Shown one piece after another: positions 18,448 through 28,819 of a stretch of DNA of 64,000 bases; the stretch's first letter is position 1, and every line of letters begins with the position of its first letter. The DNA comes from a virus (taxonomy: Duplodnaviria > Caudoviricetes). The position numbers and the translations under genes were made by a program. Location: the IMG/VR virus record IMGVR_UViG_3300031760_000001, positions 128,001 to 192,000 of that record. One strand, 5' to 3'. The notes below the pieces were generated by a model that saw only the letters and a program-made list of their open reading frames with translations, was not told where the DNA came from and did no database searches.

Positions 18448-19098
18448 ATGGTAGATGATAAAATAAAAGAAATATTAATTAAACCATCCTCAGATAAGGA
18501 TGTGTTGGAACGATGGAAAAAAATTGGATTGACACAAGGTCTTAAAGATGAAATAGAACTTAAAGTCGCATGGGCATATGAAAATATGGCCCAGGCTCTA
18601 TGTTTAGACAAAAATTTTTATAGTAATTGGTTTATTTCTAAACATGATTGGTTTGTAGATGTTATTTTCCCAATTATTCGCCGAACAATGTGTGAATATT
18701 ACGAAAAACATAACGAAATTAAGTCAATTGAAACAAATGATTATTTCGAATTCTTCAAAAACCACACATTATCTGATATAATCAACAACGATTATTGGAA
18801 TTATGATGACACCTACGAAGAAATTAATGACACTAAAGAAAATATTATTGAGGCAAAACATATTTTCAGCAAAATTTTCGAAGTTATTGATGAAAATACA
18901 AAATTAATTGATTTCAATTTTCGTGAAATTGATATGAATGATATTAACGAAAGGTTGGAAAAAGAAAATCCAGAAAATGCAAGTCATCCAGAAGATAAAT
19001 ACAATGAAAGACGTTATTCATGTATAACAATAGATACTGAAGCTGTGTTTGTTGCCATGATTACTGAAATTATTATAAAAGAAATATTTGAAAAATAA
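18448..19098 (+). CDS. Protein resembling only the N-terminal region of a gp23-type major capsid protein
   Basis: LERWKKIGLTQGL...KVAWAYENMAQAL...VIFPIIRR matches the W..L..EGL...A..(F/Y)ENQ...P.VRR pattern of gp23 N-termini; the rest is unrelated. Confidence 0.5.
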   Translation: MVDDKIKEILIKPSSDKDVLERWKKIGLTQGLKDEIELKVAWAYENMAQALCLDKNFYSNWFISKHDWFVDVIFPIIRRTMCEYYEKHNEIKSIETNDYFEFFKNHTLSDIINNDYWNYDDTYEEINDTKENIIEAKHIFSKIFEVIDENTKLIDFNFREIDMNDINERLEKENPENASHPEDKYNERRYSCITIDTEAVFVAMITEIIIKEIFEK

Positions 19099-19116
19099 AC
19101 AATAACCGACAGCAAT

Positions 19117-19150
19117 AAAAAAGCCCTGCATTTTGCAGGGCTTTTCTTTT
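19117..19150. terminator. Bidirectional intrinsic terminator between convergent genes
   Basis: AAAAAAGCCCTGCA-TTT-TGCAGGGCTTTTCTTTT. Confidence 0.85.
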
Positions 19151-19166
19151 ATGTGTGTTACATTGA

Positions 19167-22100
19167 TTAGTTCCATTGTACTCCGCTCGGAGTTACTGAC
19201 AATGTGATATCGATGTATTCAAGAATCTGAGTAGGTTTGATGTGGATGATTGCAGGAAGTTCAAGTCTGTCTCTTGCCTCATCACTCTCATCAACCTCGA
19301 TGTAGTAGTCATAGATACCACGGTTCTTCTTAACCTCGTCAAGAACTGACCTGACACTGCTCTTGAATGAGTCAACAACTGTTTTGTCGTTAGGGTCAAA
19401 GATGAGACCGATGCAAGCATTCTGCAACAGATTCTTCAAGCGGATAAGAAGTCTTCTCTTAGAAATTCTGTTCATAATGTTGTCAGCAACCTGGAGGTTC
19501 TTGTCACCCCAGATTTTGTCACCCTCTTTTGCGAATGAGTTGATAAAGTTGATTCTTCCCTCATAAAGAGTGTCCTGTTCAGCAAGTTTAAGTTTGCGTT
19601 TTGGTTCAACGCCAGTGATGTCACCACGGTTCCAACCAGCCGAAGCGTACCAAGGATATTTAATATTGTCTGTATAAGCCATATTACGTACAACGTCAAG
19701 TGTTACAGGTAAATAAATGTATTGGTTATTTGAATCATCATAGTATTTTTCCCATGGATAATATGTACAAGCGTAGTTGGTGTCAATTTCACTTGTTTCA
19801 AGATTTGAAACAGCCTCATCTGGAGTGTACATTTCAATTTTACTGTCACCAGCACCGAAAGGTTTGTCAGGTGTTGTAACAACATAAAGTGAATCACCAC
19901 GGTCTTCCTCGATAATGTCAATAATATCGTTTACAAGCAATGTCTGGTTAACATAGTCGATACCTGGGGTAGCGAATAAGTTAAGTGTAACGGTTTTAGG
20001 GTTATCCAACTGTTTGACACCAGCAAGGTATGCGTAGTAGTCTGAATTGATAATCTTAGTCTCACCGTCAAAACCATAAACTTCAGCGTCTTTCACATAT
20101 GAGAACATAGTACCGTCACCACTTATTTTGTTAACTGAACCTTTGTATTTGTTTACACGGAAATCGTCGTTGTTAGAACGTGAGGTTCTGTAGTAATCCC
20201 ATCCGTCCCAGCCGCCGTAGAAGCATACAGTGAATTTACGGTAAGCTTTGTCCTCGTAAATTGTACCTTCCATTACATCGTCAGTACCGATACGTGGTTC
20301 AATACCAGCGTCGGTTGTCTCAGCCATACTTACAGTCGACCAGGTATAACCAGTCACACCGTCAACGTCAACCACCTGTTTGTTTGTACCATCAGTTACA
20401 TAATAAACACCATTTTCTGGTTTTTCCTCAGGTTTACCATTAAGAATACGCGCATCCAAGTGGAAACAAGGAGTAAGATAATCTGGGTCATCATTGTAAG
20501 CCTCAACACCCTTGTATGAAAGAATGTCTTCGTCAATACCGATAAGGTCTGACATACCGAAGTACTGTTTCTTGATTCTTATCTCATCGTCAACAGTTGT
20601 ATTGAATTTTACATAAGGCTGTTTCAATGGGGTTGTAAGTTGCTCATTTGGATTAGCAAACTCATAAAGACCCAAACCATTGTAATTTCTCACTGGATAA
20701 CCAAGGAAACCACAAGGAATTGACTGCATTGTAATATCATCCTCGTTAATTTCAACAGTCACATAAGCTGACTGACTAACATAAGTCTCGTCAAGAGTAC
20801 CGATTCTAAGACCAAGGTAATTGCTTGTGCCTGGAACCAAAGAACATCTGGTATATCTCTCAATGATATTAGGATTCAAGTCAGTATCATAGAATGAACG
20901 AATAACAACATCAAATACACCACCGTCAGGGTCAATATTCTCAATTGATACCTTAACCTCGTTCACTGAGTTGTTACCATCTGAAATTGTGTGGAATCTG
21001 AACAATTTGTGAAGTTTGATATCCTCACCGCTACCTTTAACCTCAGATACAATCCAAGGAGTTGATGAATAACGGAAAGGTTCTTTATAGTTGTTCATAT
21101 CGAATGTGATTGGCATAACATCACCCTCATTGGCAGTGTCAGCATCTTCAAAATCTTTATAAACATAATACATATCATCAGAAGCGCATTTCACACAGTT
21201 ACGTAAAATGTAATCGTTTCTAACAACATCCCTGTCATAATTGTACATAAGCAGATATTCTGCCTTGTCACTGTATTCACCGTAGAAATATTCTTTCTTA
21301 CCTGTAGCAGGATTATTCCATGACATTACTGTATAGATGTGTCCGACAGAACCTAACTGTTCATTCCAAGTTGCACCATTGTCACTTGAAACACGAACTT
21401 TGATATTATTCTGTTTTGACTCTGAATAAGTATAAAGATAACGTTTCCTCAAATGTTTCTTAGACAGGTTACTTGCATCCAAAGTCAACAAATCATTGAC
21501 AGGAGCATGGTCTGGTACAATGTTTACACAAGGGAATTTAACTAACTCACTGTTAATTGCATTAATTTCACCAGCCATAATTAATTGTTCAAGTGCAACA
21601 TCATAAAGTTCCTCAACATAAATGTCAGCGTCACCAACCTCTGGGTCAGTACCGAGGACTTTGGTAATATAGTTTTTGTCACTTGGATTCAATGAAACTG
21701 AATATGAATGCTTAATAACATCATCAATACCACAAATATCACAACCCTTAATTGAGTCAACATTAATAGTAAATCTACCATAATTTGTCAAATCTGCATT
21801 GAAATCACCAGTCAATGTGTTATATCCTGGATTACAATCGTCATTAAGATTCAAAGTTGTACTTGGTACAAGCTCGACTTTCTTAGCATAATAATCAATA
21901 CCGTCATATTTGTAAACTGGATTGCCACATTCATCTTCACCGTCGATAACAGCTCTCTTGTGTTCACCACGTGAACGGAGAACACCAATTACAACATTGT
22001 CGTAACTTGCAGTGGTGTCTTCAATACAAACAGTACCAAGTTCATCAAGCATATAAAGATAACCTTTACCAGTTTCCTCAATGTGTGGGTTGTCGCTTAC

Positions 22101-23135
22101 TTCGTAATTTGAATAATAAGCAGACAATCTCTGTTTGTTAAAATCGTAAGCAGTGTCATAACTAATATCGTCATCAAGAACATTATCATCAAATACATTC
22201 TTTGGTAAAACAATGTATTTGTATGTTACGACACCTGTACTGGTAACCTCGTCAAATGCTTTTACCATTTTGATATTGTCCGTATAGGTATCGGTAACAT
22301 TAGGTGTATTATCATGTGTACTAGTATCACAATCATTAACACTGTAGATAATAGCAACTTGTCCCTGGTCATTTTTCTCATAAACCAACGATAATTTACC
22401 ACCAATAACACTAACACCGTCATTTGTGTATCCTAAGTCAATGACAGCAAATGAATTACCCCAATTTCTTAAATTAGCATAATCCCTTAAATTAGTAGCG
22501 GTTCCGAATTCTTTTTTCAATCCTTCTGGAAGACCATTGAACTGGTCATCAAAATTATCGTCGAAGTAATATACTTCCAAGCTTGTGTTTGCAGGTACAT
22601 CAGCAGCATAGACATTTGTTATTGAAGGTGGTTCTGTACCAGGAACAGGTTGTGGAACAGTTAAACTGATATTATTGACACCGTTGACATAATAACCATT
22701 CTCCTTTTTCATTCCTTCAACAAAAACATCATCAATCGGTTGAGCATCTATTGGTTGGTATGCATAACCAGTCTCGCAATCATGTTTCGTTGCAGTCAAA
22801 ACCCAAGCAGGACCAGCGTTTACACCTGACAAACCAAGAACTCTGACAACCTCAAGCTGTTTTGATTGTTTCAAATATTCCTGGGCTATGTATGGAAGCT
22901 CATATTTTGGGTATTGTGAACCACGGAATTTCTGTGTGTTTGTTCCTCCGAAATATGACTGGAATTCACGCCAATCCTCAATTGGAATTGGTTGGAAAGC
23001 AGGACCTTTTACAGTTTCACCTGAAAGTCCCAAAGTAGTGATACCCAAAGACTGTGTTGAGTAATCAACAACAGTTTCCTTGTAGTATATACCAGGACTT
23101 GCATGTGTTCTTCTTGTATTATTTCTTTTAGCCAT
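19167..23135 (-). CDS. Tail sheath protein (gp18-like) with large insertions
   Basis: N-terminal SPGIYYKE...GETVKGPAFQP...FQSYFGG; C-terminal LFATPGID, YYPW, PWYASAGWNRG, DTLYEGRIN, IWGDKNL, RISKRRLL, RGIYDY, IKPTQILEYI. Confidence 0.92.
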   Translation of the reverse strand: MAKRNNTRRTHASPGIYYKETVVDYSTQSLGITTLGLSGETVKGPAFQPIPIEDWREFQSYFGGTNTQKFRGSQYPKYELPYIAQEYLKQSKQLEVVRVLGLSGVNAGPAWVLTATKHDCETGYAYQPIDAQPIDDVFVEGMKKENGYYVNGVNNISLTVPQPVPGTEPPSITNVYAADVPANTSLEVYYFDDNFDDQFNGLPEGLKKEFGTATNLRDYANLRNWGNSFAVIDLGYTNDGVSVIGGKLSLVYEKNDQGQVAIIYSVNDCDTSTHDNTPNVTDTYTDNIKMVKAFDEVTSTGVVTYKYIVLPKNVFDDNVLDDDISYDTAYDFNKQRLSAYYSNYEVSDNPHIEETGKGYLYMLDELGTVCIEDTTASYDNVVIGVLRSRGEHKRAVIDGEDECGNPVYKYDGIDYYAKKVELVPSTTLNLNDDCNPGYNTLTGDFNADLTNYGRFTINVDSIKGCDICGIDDVIKHSYSVSLNPSDKNYITKVLGTDPEVGDADIYVEELYDVALEQLIMAGEINAINSELVKFPCVNIVPDHAPVNDLLTLDASNLSKKHLRKRYLYTYSESKQNNIKVRVSSDNGATWNEQLGSVGHIYTVMSWNNPATGKKEYFYGEYSDKAEYLLMYNYDRDVVRNDYILRNCVKCASDDMYYVYKDFEDADTANEGDVMPITFDMNNYKEPFRYSSTPWIVSEVKGSGEDIKLHKLFRFHTISDGNNSVNEVKVSIENIDPDGGVFDVVIRSFYDTDLNPNIIERYTRCSLVPGTSNYLGLRIGTLDETYVSQSAYVTVEINEDDITMQSIPCGFLGYPVRNYNGLGLYEFANPNEQLTTPLKQPYVKFNTTVDDEIRIKKQYFGMSDLIGIDEDILSYKGVEAYNDDPDYLTPCFHLDARILNGKPEEKPENGVYYVTDGTNKQVVDVDGVTGYTWSTVSMAETTDAGIEPRIGTDDVMEGTIYEDKAYRKFTVCFYGGWDGWDYYRTSRSNNDDFRVNKYKGSVNKISGDGTMFSYVKDAEVYGFDGETKIINSDYYAYLAGVKQLDNPKTVTLNLFATPGIDYVNQTLLVNDIIDIIEEDRGDSLYVVTTPDKPFGAGDSKIEMYTPDEAVSNLETSEIDTNYACTYYPWEKYYDDSNNQYIYLPVTLDVVRNMAYTDNIKYPWYASAGWNRGDITGVEPKRKLKLAEQDTLYEGRINFINSFAKEGDKIWGDKNLQVADNIMNRISKRRLLIRLKNLLQNACIGLIFDPNDKTVVDSFKSSVRSVLDEVKKNRGIYDYYIEVDESDEARDRLELPAIIHIKPTQILEYIDITLSVTPSGVQWN

Positions 23136-23165
23136 ATTATTAAAATATTTTAATTATTATATATT

Positions 23166-23172
23166 ATAAATA
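23166..23172 (-). promoter_or_regulatory. TATTTAT late-type promoter motif upstream of the sheath gene
   Basis: Minus strand reads GATATTTATAA about 30 nt upstream of ATG 23135. Confidence 0.55.
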
Positions 23173-23191
23173 TCAGATAACAATCAAAAAG

Positions 23192-23566
23192 TTAAAATAA
23201 AGGCTCCAATTTTTCAATAATACTCAAATCAACAGCTGGTGTATTTTTATATTCTGTCTCATTTATACAATAAATATCGTCCCGTGTTATACCATATGTA
23301 TTGACCTCTATCAGGGAATTCAATATGACTTGGTATATCATTTTGTTGGTTTCACTAAGTTCACATCCCTCATTTTTTAGTTCGGGCAACAACTCAACCA
23401 TACGGTTTATGGTATAATCACTTATTTCGTTCAAGTGTTTCTTTAATTGAAACAGTTTAAAACCAACATTTATTGGATATTTAATATGTTCTTGAAATAG
23501 AACTTCAACAGCATCGTTCAACGCCAATATTTCTTCAACTCTTAAGGTTTTTGTTATTTCTTCCAT
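23192..23566 (-). CDS. Hypothetical protein
   Basis: ATG at 23566; the TTG start in the ORF track is part of the TTGTATATT upstream motif. Confidence 0.6.
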   Translation of the reverse strand: MEEITKTLRVEEILALNDAVEVLFQEHIKYPINVGFKLFQLKKHLNEISDYTINRMVELLPELKNEGCELSETNKMIYQVILNSLIEVNTYGITRDDIYCINETEYKNTPAVDLSIIEKLEPLF

Positions 23567-23605
23567 ATCATCAATATACAAAATAAATTGAAAAAAATAA
23601 AATTC

Positions 23606-23766
23606 CCTATAAGGTCCTTATATCTAAAGTCAATAATAATAATATATTTATTTTACTTATAGGTTCTTTATAACAAAAGTACTTTAGATATAAGGAAAAA
23701 AATTAAATATAATAAATATTTAATTTTTTTTTTGTACTTAAAATATAAGTACTTATAGCTATAAGT
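23606..23766. repeat. Cluster of inverted repeats/palindromes with 7 TATAAG/CTTATA cores (candidate origin)
   Basis: 16-bp IR at 23615-23630/23681-23696; 15-bp IR at 23696-23710/23716-23730; perfect palindromes at 23744-23757 and 23751-23766. Confidence 0.75.
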
Positions 23767-23788
23767 TATGGGAAAAAATCAAAAAAAG

Positions 23789-24811
23789 TTAAATCAAAAC
23801 TCCCTTGAATATAATTTCAGATGATTTTAATGTTATAGGTTTTACAAATTTGATGAATATTTCGTCGCCAGGTTTTATTGTTAACTTAGAATATATGTCA
23901 ACGTCTTCATCGTTTATCTTCATTGATATCTTGTTGGCGTTTTCTTTGTCAACAAAATTCAACTCCATCTTTTCATCCAGTTTGAAATTAACTTTAGAGA
24001 CATTTTTATTGAATTTTATATTCAATGTAAAATCCTTTTCCGAATCATCATCACAATCCATTGTAACCATTGTCTTGTCATACTGTTTCAGACTAGTTGT
24101 TACTTTTTTTCTTTTGGGTATTATATTTACTTTAATGTCATCCTTTGGTATAATATAAGCCATCAAAGTTATATCCATCGACTGGCTGTAAAATTTACGA
24201 CCGTCTATTGAATAATCTGATACATCACTTATATTGTCAAGTACCATAGGCATATAATGCCCGTTTACACACAAATAACATTGTTTTGATTCAAACAATT
24301 TGTTCACTTTTTGGTTAAAATCATTAAGATATTTGTATTTTCCTGTTACCAAAGTATACCTATACTTAACATCAACCTGAATAGGTTGACTCATTGATGT
24401 TATTTCATAACATTCAACACCAGTGTCATCAAGAATTTCTCTCATCAACACCGTGAATCGGTTATTTCCTGGTATATTGAATGCACCGCCTTGTAAAGTA
24501 CCCCAATTAGGGTTATTTTCCCTTGTTATGGTAAAAAAGTTCATTAAAAGATTACCATCAGCGTCATCATGACCCCATGTCTGTGAGAACTCACTGAATC
24601 TTTGACTACTGAAAAATGTAAAAGTGTTGAACATTTTTCCCTCTTCATCAACTAAAACAACATTGTTTTTGAAAAATTCGCAAAAAGTATGGTCAATATC
24701 TTCATATTCAACTGGATTTGGTACAATAGGAGCGTTTTTCAGTTCATTTTCCTGAAAAGACAGCCTCTTACCGTCACCATATTCCATTTTTCCCATGTTC
24801 AAACTTCTCAT
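23789..24811 (-). CDS. Tail completion/terminator protein (gp15-like)
   Basis: EDIDHTF...QRFSEFSQTW...QPIQVDVKY...LNDFNQKV...VNGHYMPMVL...ITLMAYII; adjacent to the head-closure gene. Start codon uncertain (24811 or 24796). Confidence 0.55.
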   Translation of the reverse strand: MRSLNMGKMEYGDGKRLSFQENELKNAPIVPNPVEYEDIDHTFCEFFKNNVVLVDEEGKMFNTFTFFSSQRFSEFSQTWGHDDADGNLLMNFFTITRENNPNWGTLQGGAFNIPGNNRFTVLMREILDDTGVECYEITSMSQPIQVDVKYRYTLVTGKYKYLNDFNQKVNKLFESKQCYLCVNGHYMPMVLDNISDVSDYSIDGRKFYSQSMDITLMAYIIPKDDIKVNIIPKRKKVTTSLKQYDKTMVTMDCDDDSEKDFTLNIKFNKNVSKVNFKLDEKMELNFVDKENANKISMKINDEDVDIYSKLTIKPGDEIFIKFVKPITLKSSEIIFKGVLI

Positions 24812-24827
24812 AATATACAGTTTTGTT

Positions 24828-25349
24828 TTATAAAGCTTTAAATTCAGCATCTGTAACTGGTGTTGCTTCAATCACTCTGAATCCAGTCTTATATGCACCA
24901 AGAACCAACTGGTTTGCTGTATTTACCTTACCATCATTGGTTACAACCCAATAATACATACGGTTTTCTTCAATCAGAACACCGATATAATCACCCCTTT
25001 TGATGTCAAAGTCATATTTTTCAAATGAAAGCAGGTTAATATAAACTTTAAGGTTACCGCTTATTGAATATACACCTGTCTGAGTCTTGTTTTCATAGGA
25101 TTTCAGTGTCTGGTCTTGTATTTCATAGAGACATGGTATTTCCACAGGCGGAAGAAAGTGTACAGTGGTATTTGCCTCTTTATATATGTCATTCACCTGG
25201 GTTGCTTTCCTGTCAACCTGGTAAACAACGACAGTCTGGTTAACATCCTCTTCCATATAACTTTCAACAAGCTCCATTTCCAGGTCAAAGTCTTCCTTGG
25301 AATAGAACATGTTGTTTCTTGTGACTGGTGTATATGTGTTGTTCGGCAT
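24828..25349 (-). CDS. Head closure/neck protein (gp14-like)
   Basis: YMEEDVNQTVVVYQVD...DIYKE...FLPPVEIPC...DIKRGDYIG...YWVV; preceded by TATTTAT at 25367-25373. Confidence 0.55.
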   Translation of the reverse strand: MPNNTYTPVTRNNMFYSKEDFDLEMELVESYMEEDVNQTVVVYQVDRKATQVNDIYKEANTTVHFLPPVEIPCLYEIQDQTLKSYENKTQTGVYSISGNLKVYINLLSFEKYDFDIKRGDYIGVLIEENRMYYWVVTNDGKVNTANQLVLGAYKTGFRVIEATPVTDAEFKAL

Positions 25350-25430
25350 AATATCAAGATTTTTATATAAATATCATTGGAATTGAAAAAAAGTTGTATA
25401 TTATTATCATGTTATATATATATTATATTT

Positions 25431-27338
25431 ATGGGAAAAAACAATACTGTAAGTAAAGCATACGAAATTCTGAAGACATATGACGGAACCAACAACCAAA
25501 TCCGTTATTACAAGTCGTTGTATGACAACAACAGGCTTATCCTTGAAGATTTTGGTGTGCAATATATATTAAACAATTATGACTATGAACCAATCGAGGT
25601 TAATAAGAATGTGAAGATAGCTCCAGAACTTGGTGAGGTTATAAAGGAGAAATTCAATCTGGATTTTATACCACCAAAAATACATATCACAAGAATTATC
25701 GGTGAAATGGGAGGCAGTTATCACGGTTATGTCAAGTCAAAAAGTGGTTCACAGTTACTTTATCTGAAAAAGAGATATATTCTCGATAAATTGGTTGACA
25801 TTGACTATAAGACACTAGATATTGATTTCAGTGTTTATGACAATATGCCGTCGGCACAGGGTAGAAAATTGAAAGAACACCAAAAAACTGGTGTAAAATT
25901 CCTTGTTGCTAACAAAAAGTGTGTTCTAGCTGACTCAATGGGTACTGGTAAAACCACAACATCAATTATTGCAGCCCTTGCTGGTGGTTATAAAAATATT
26001 CTTATAATCACAACCGCATCATTGAAGACTAGTTGGACTAAAGACCTTGTGTTATATGTACCGAAAGAAGATATAAACATTGTAAGTGGGTCGAAATGGA
26101 CTCCTGGTTCAAAATTCACTGTTATAAACTACGATATTATTGACAATTTCTACGAAGTTCCAATGGAACCTGTTTTTAATATTGAAAATATTTACGATGC
26201 CAAGGGAAATATTGTTGATACACTTAAAGTTCCTGTAATGGTTAAAGACAAAACTACAGGTAAATTGGTTCAAAAAATGCAGAAGTCAAGAAAAAAGGCT
26301 GATATACAGAAAGCGTTGGCTGAATCACCTTTGTTTTGGGAAAACTATGATTGTGTTATTATAGATGAAGCACAAAAATTGTCAAACAATACTTCAATTC
26401 GTTATAAAACTATTTATGATTTCCTGAGAAAATCAAATCCAAGGGCTATTTTCCTGTTAACTGGTACCCCATTAACCAATAGACCAATCAACCTTTACCA
26501 TATTCTTAAATTAATTGATGCCGACATTACCAGGGATTATAATTATTTTCTTAAACGGTATTGTGGTGGTGTTGAATTACAACTTAAAGACGGTAGAACT
26601 ATTATCAAACACGGTGATGCTACCAATTTGGATGAATTAAGGGAAAGAATCAAGGATATCTACATCAGAAGATTGGCTTCCGAAACAGGTGAAATGGTTG
26701 GAAAAACAGTTATTAGAAAATATTATGACCTTAATGAGAAACAAAGCATTGAATATGATAGGCTTTGGAACGAATACCAGAATGCACAGGAGAATATTGG
26801 TAAATATGACAGTGACCAATACCGCCAGTTGGTTGAGGGTATGCTTGTAAGACAATATCTTGCAAAAGAAATGACCAAGAATACCATTGATTTGGCTGAA
26901 GAATACATTGACAGTGGTGAAAAGGTTGTCATTATTACCTGTTTCCAGGAAGAAATGGATATTTTGAAAAAACACTTTGGCAAGTCCTGTGTTGTCTATA
27001 ACGGTAAGATGTTACCTAAACAGAAAGACAAAGCACAAGATGAATTTATGAACAATCCTAAGATTAAAGTGTTCATTGGACAAGTAATCGCTTGTGGTGT
27101 TGGACTTTCATTGCCAGTAAGTAAGACAATTATCTTTAATTCATATGATTGGGTTGCTGCTAACAACGCACAATGTGAAGATAGAATTTACCGTTTAACA
27201 CAGACCCGTGATGTTGAGTGTATTTACCAATTGTTTACAGATTCGATTAGTCAAGATATGTTCGATAAGGTTATTTATAAACAACTTATATCTAATCAAA
27301 TTATTAAGTCTGAGAAACAAAAAGAAGCTATAAAATAA
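25431..27338 (+). CDS. SNF2-family (SF2) DNA helicase
   Basis: LKEHQKTGV, LADSMGTGKT, IIDEAQ, LLTGTPLTNRP, GVGLSL, QCEDRIYR. Confidence 0.92.
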   Translation: MGKNNTVSKAYEILKTYDGTNNQIRYYKSLYDNNRLILEDFGVQYILNNYDYEPIEVNKNVKIAPELGEVIKEKFNLDFIPPKIHITRIIGEMGGSYHGYVKSKSGSQLLYLKKRYILDKLVDIDYKTLDIDFSVYDNMPSAQGRKLKEHQKTGVKFLVANKKCVLADSMGTGKTTTSIIAALAGGYKNILIITTASLKTSWTKDLVLYVPKEDINIVSGSKWTPGSKFTVINYDIIDNFYEVPMEPVFNIENIYDAKGNIVDTLKVPVMVKDKTTGKLVQKMQKSRKKADIQKALAESPLFWENYDCVIIDEAQKLSNNTSIRYKTIYDFLRKSNPRAIFLLTGTPLTNRPINLYHILKLIDADITRDYNYFLKRYCGGVELQLKDGRTIIKHGDATNLDELRERIKDIYIRRLASETGEMVGKTVIRKYYDLNEKQSIEYDRLWNEYQNAQENIGKYDSDQYRQLVEGMLVRQYLAKEMTKNTIDLAEEYIDSGEKVVIITCFQEEMDILKKHFGKSCVVYNGKMLPKQKDKAQDEFMNNPKIKVFIGQVIACGVGLSLPVSKTIIFNSYDWVAANNAQCEDRIYRLTQTRDVECIYQLFTDSISQDMFDKVIYKQLISNQIIKSEKQKEAIK

Positions 27339-27399
27339 AAATCCAAACTATTTATAAATAAATAATATAACTTGGGTAATAAAAAATAATATAAATAGT

Positions 27400-28344
27400 A
27401 TGGCAAAGAAAAAGACAAAAGAACAATTTATTTCAGAGGCTGTGTTAATACATGGAAATAAATATGATTATAGTAAATTCAACTATCAAAATGCTCATTA
27501 TAAAAGTATAATTATATGTCCAGAACATGGTGAATTCTGGCAAACGCCACATGAACATATTAGTGGTAAACAAGGATGTCCTAAATGTGGAATTAAAAAA
27601 TGTACAGAAATACATACTAGTAACACTCAGGAATTCATTGAAAAGGCTAAACAAATACACGGTGATAAATATGATTATTCAAAAGTCGAATATATAAATA
27701 ATCACACGAAAGTATGTATAATATGTCCTGAACATGGTGAATTTTGGCAAATACCAAATTCACATTTAAATGGGCATGGATGTCCAATATGTGCTCGTAA
27801 TTATTGTAGGTTAAATTATAATATTTTTATTGAAAGAGCTAATAAAATACATAATAATAGGTATACATATCCAGAATTCATATATAGAAATAATAAACAA
27901 TATATTGAAATTATATGCCCAACACACGGATTATTTAAACAAAAATTAAAAACACATTTAGAGGGGTGTGGGTGTCCAGAATGTTATAAAAGTACGTTGG
28001 AAAATAATATAAGAGAATTTTTGAAGGACAATAATATAGATTTTATAGAACAACAAATGTTTGATTGGTTAAAGTATAAAAATCCGCTTAAGTTAGATTT
28101 TTATTTACCAGACTATAATATAGCGATTGAATGTCAAGGTCAACAACATTATAAACCAATTAAATATTTTGGTGGTGAAGAAAAGTTATCTATAATAAAA
28201 GAACGAGATAAAATTAAAAAAGAATTATGTGAAAAAAACGGAATAAAAATTGTATATTATAGTAATAAGAAAAACACTTGTCATTGTAACATTGAAGACG
28301 TTTATTTAGATTTAGAATTATTATTTAAAGATAATATAAAATGA
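27400..28344 (+). mobile_element. Free-standing putative homing endonuclease (3 Zn-ribbon repeats + DUF559-like nuclease)
   Basis: Three repeats of HG.KY.YS...IICP.HG.F.Q....H..G.GCP.C, followed by LKLDFYLPDYNIAIECQGQQHY...RDKIKKELC. Confidence 0.8.
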
Positions 28345-28667
28345 GTGAAGATATAACCAAAAGATTCTTAATCAACAATGATGATACTGGCAGGTTCATT
28401 GTCAAGTCAATGAAAACTGGCAAAACGTATTTCGTCGAGGCTCTTGACAGCGATGAACTAACAAAATGGGGTGATTATAACCCAGCGACAAAAAGATTTG
28501 AAACTGAAAACTACGGTCAGAAATACAAAGGAAGTATAAAACCTGAGGAATCGATGATTACCGAGGAAAACGGTTTCACTAACATTCATACAATCGGTGT
28601 AGGTGTTTCACCTATGGATTATATCAACAAAATCGATAATGAATATTATGAAAAAATGCAAAAATAA
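28341..28667 (+). CDS. Hypothetical protein
   Basis: 108 aa; ATGA overlap with the upstream gene. Confidence 0.65.
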   Translation: MSEDITKRFLINNDDTGRFIVKSMKTGKTYFVEALDSDELTKWGDYNPATKRFETENYGQKYKGSIKPEESMITEENGFTNIHTIGVGVSPMDYINKIDNEYYEKMQK

Positions 28668-28819
28668 TGGATACATTGGATTGTAAAAAATGTTATGAAG
28701 AATACCCAGACAGGGCTAAATTATGTGATGAATGTAAAGCTGATACTTTATGCGTAGCTTTTAAAATGTGGTATTACAAAACTTTCAAAAATAATGAGTT
28801 TATTCACAAAAACCAATGA
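28667..28819 (+). CDS. Small Cys-rich protein (50 aa), not in the ORF track
   Basis: MDTLDCKKCYEEYPDRAKLCDECKADTLC...; translationally coupled at both ends (TAATG, ATGA). Confidence 0.6.
   Translation: MDTLDCKKCYEEYPDRAKLCDECKADTLCVAFKMWYYKTFKNNEFIHKNQ

Noticed and set aside
23606-23766. CRISPR or mini-array
   Set aside because: The repeats are inverted or palindromic; there are no regularly spaced direct repeats with unique spacers.
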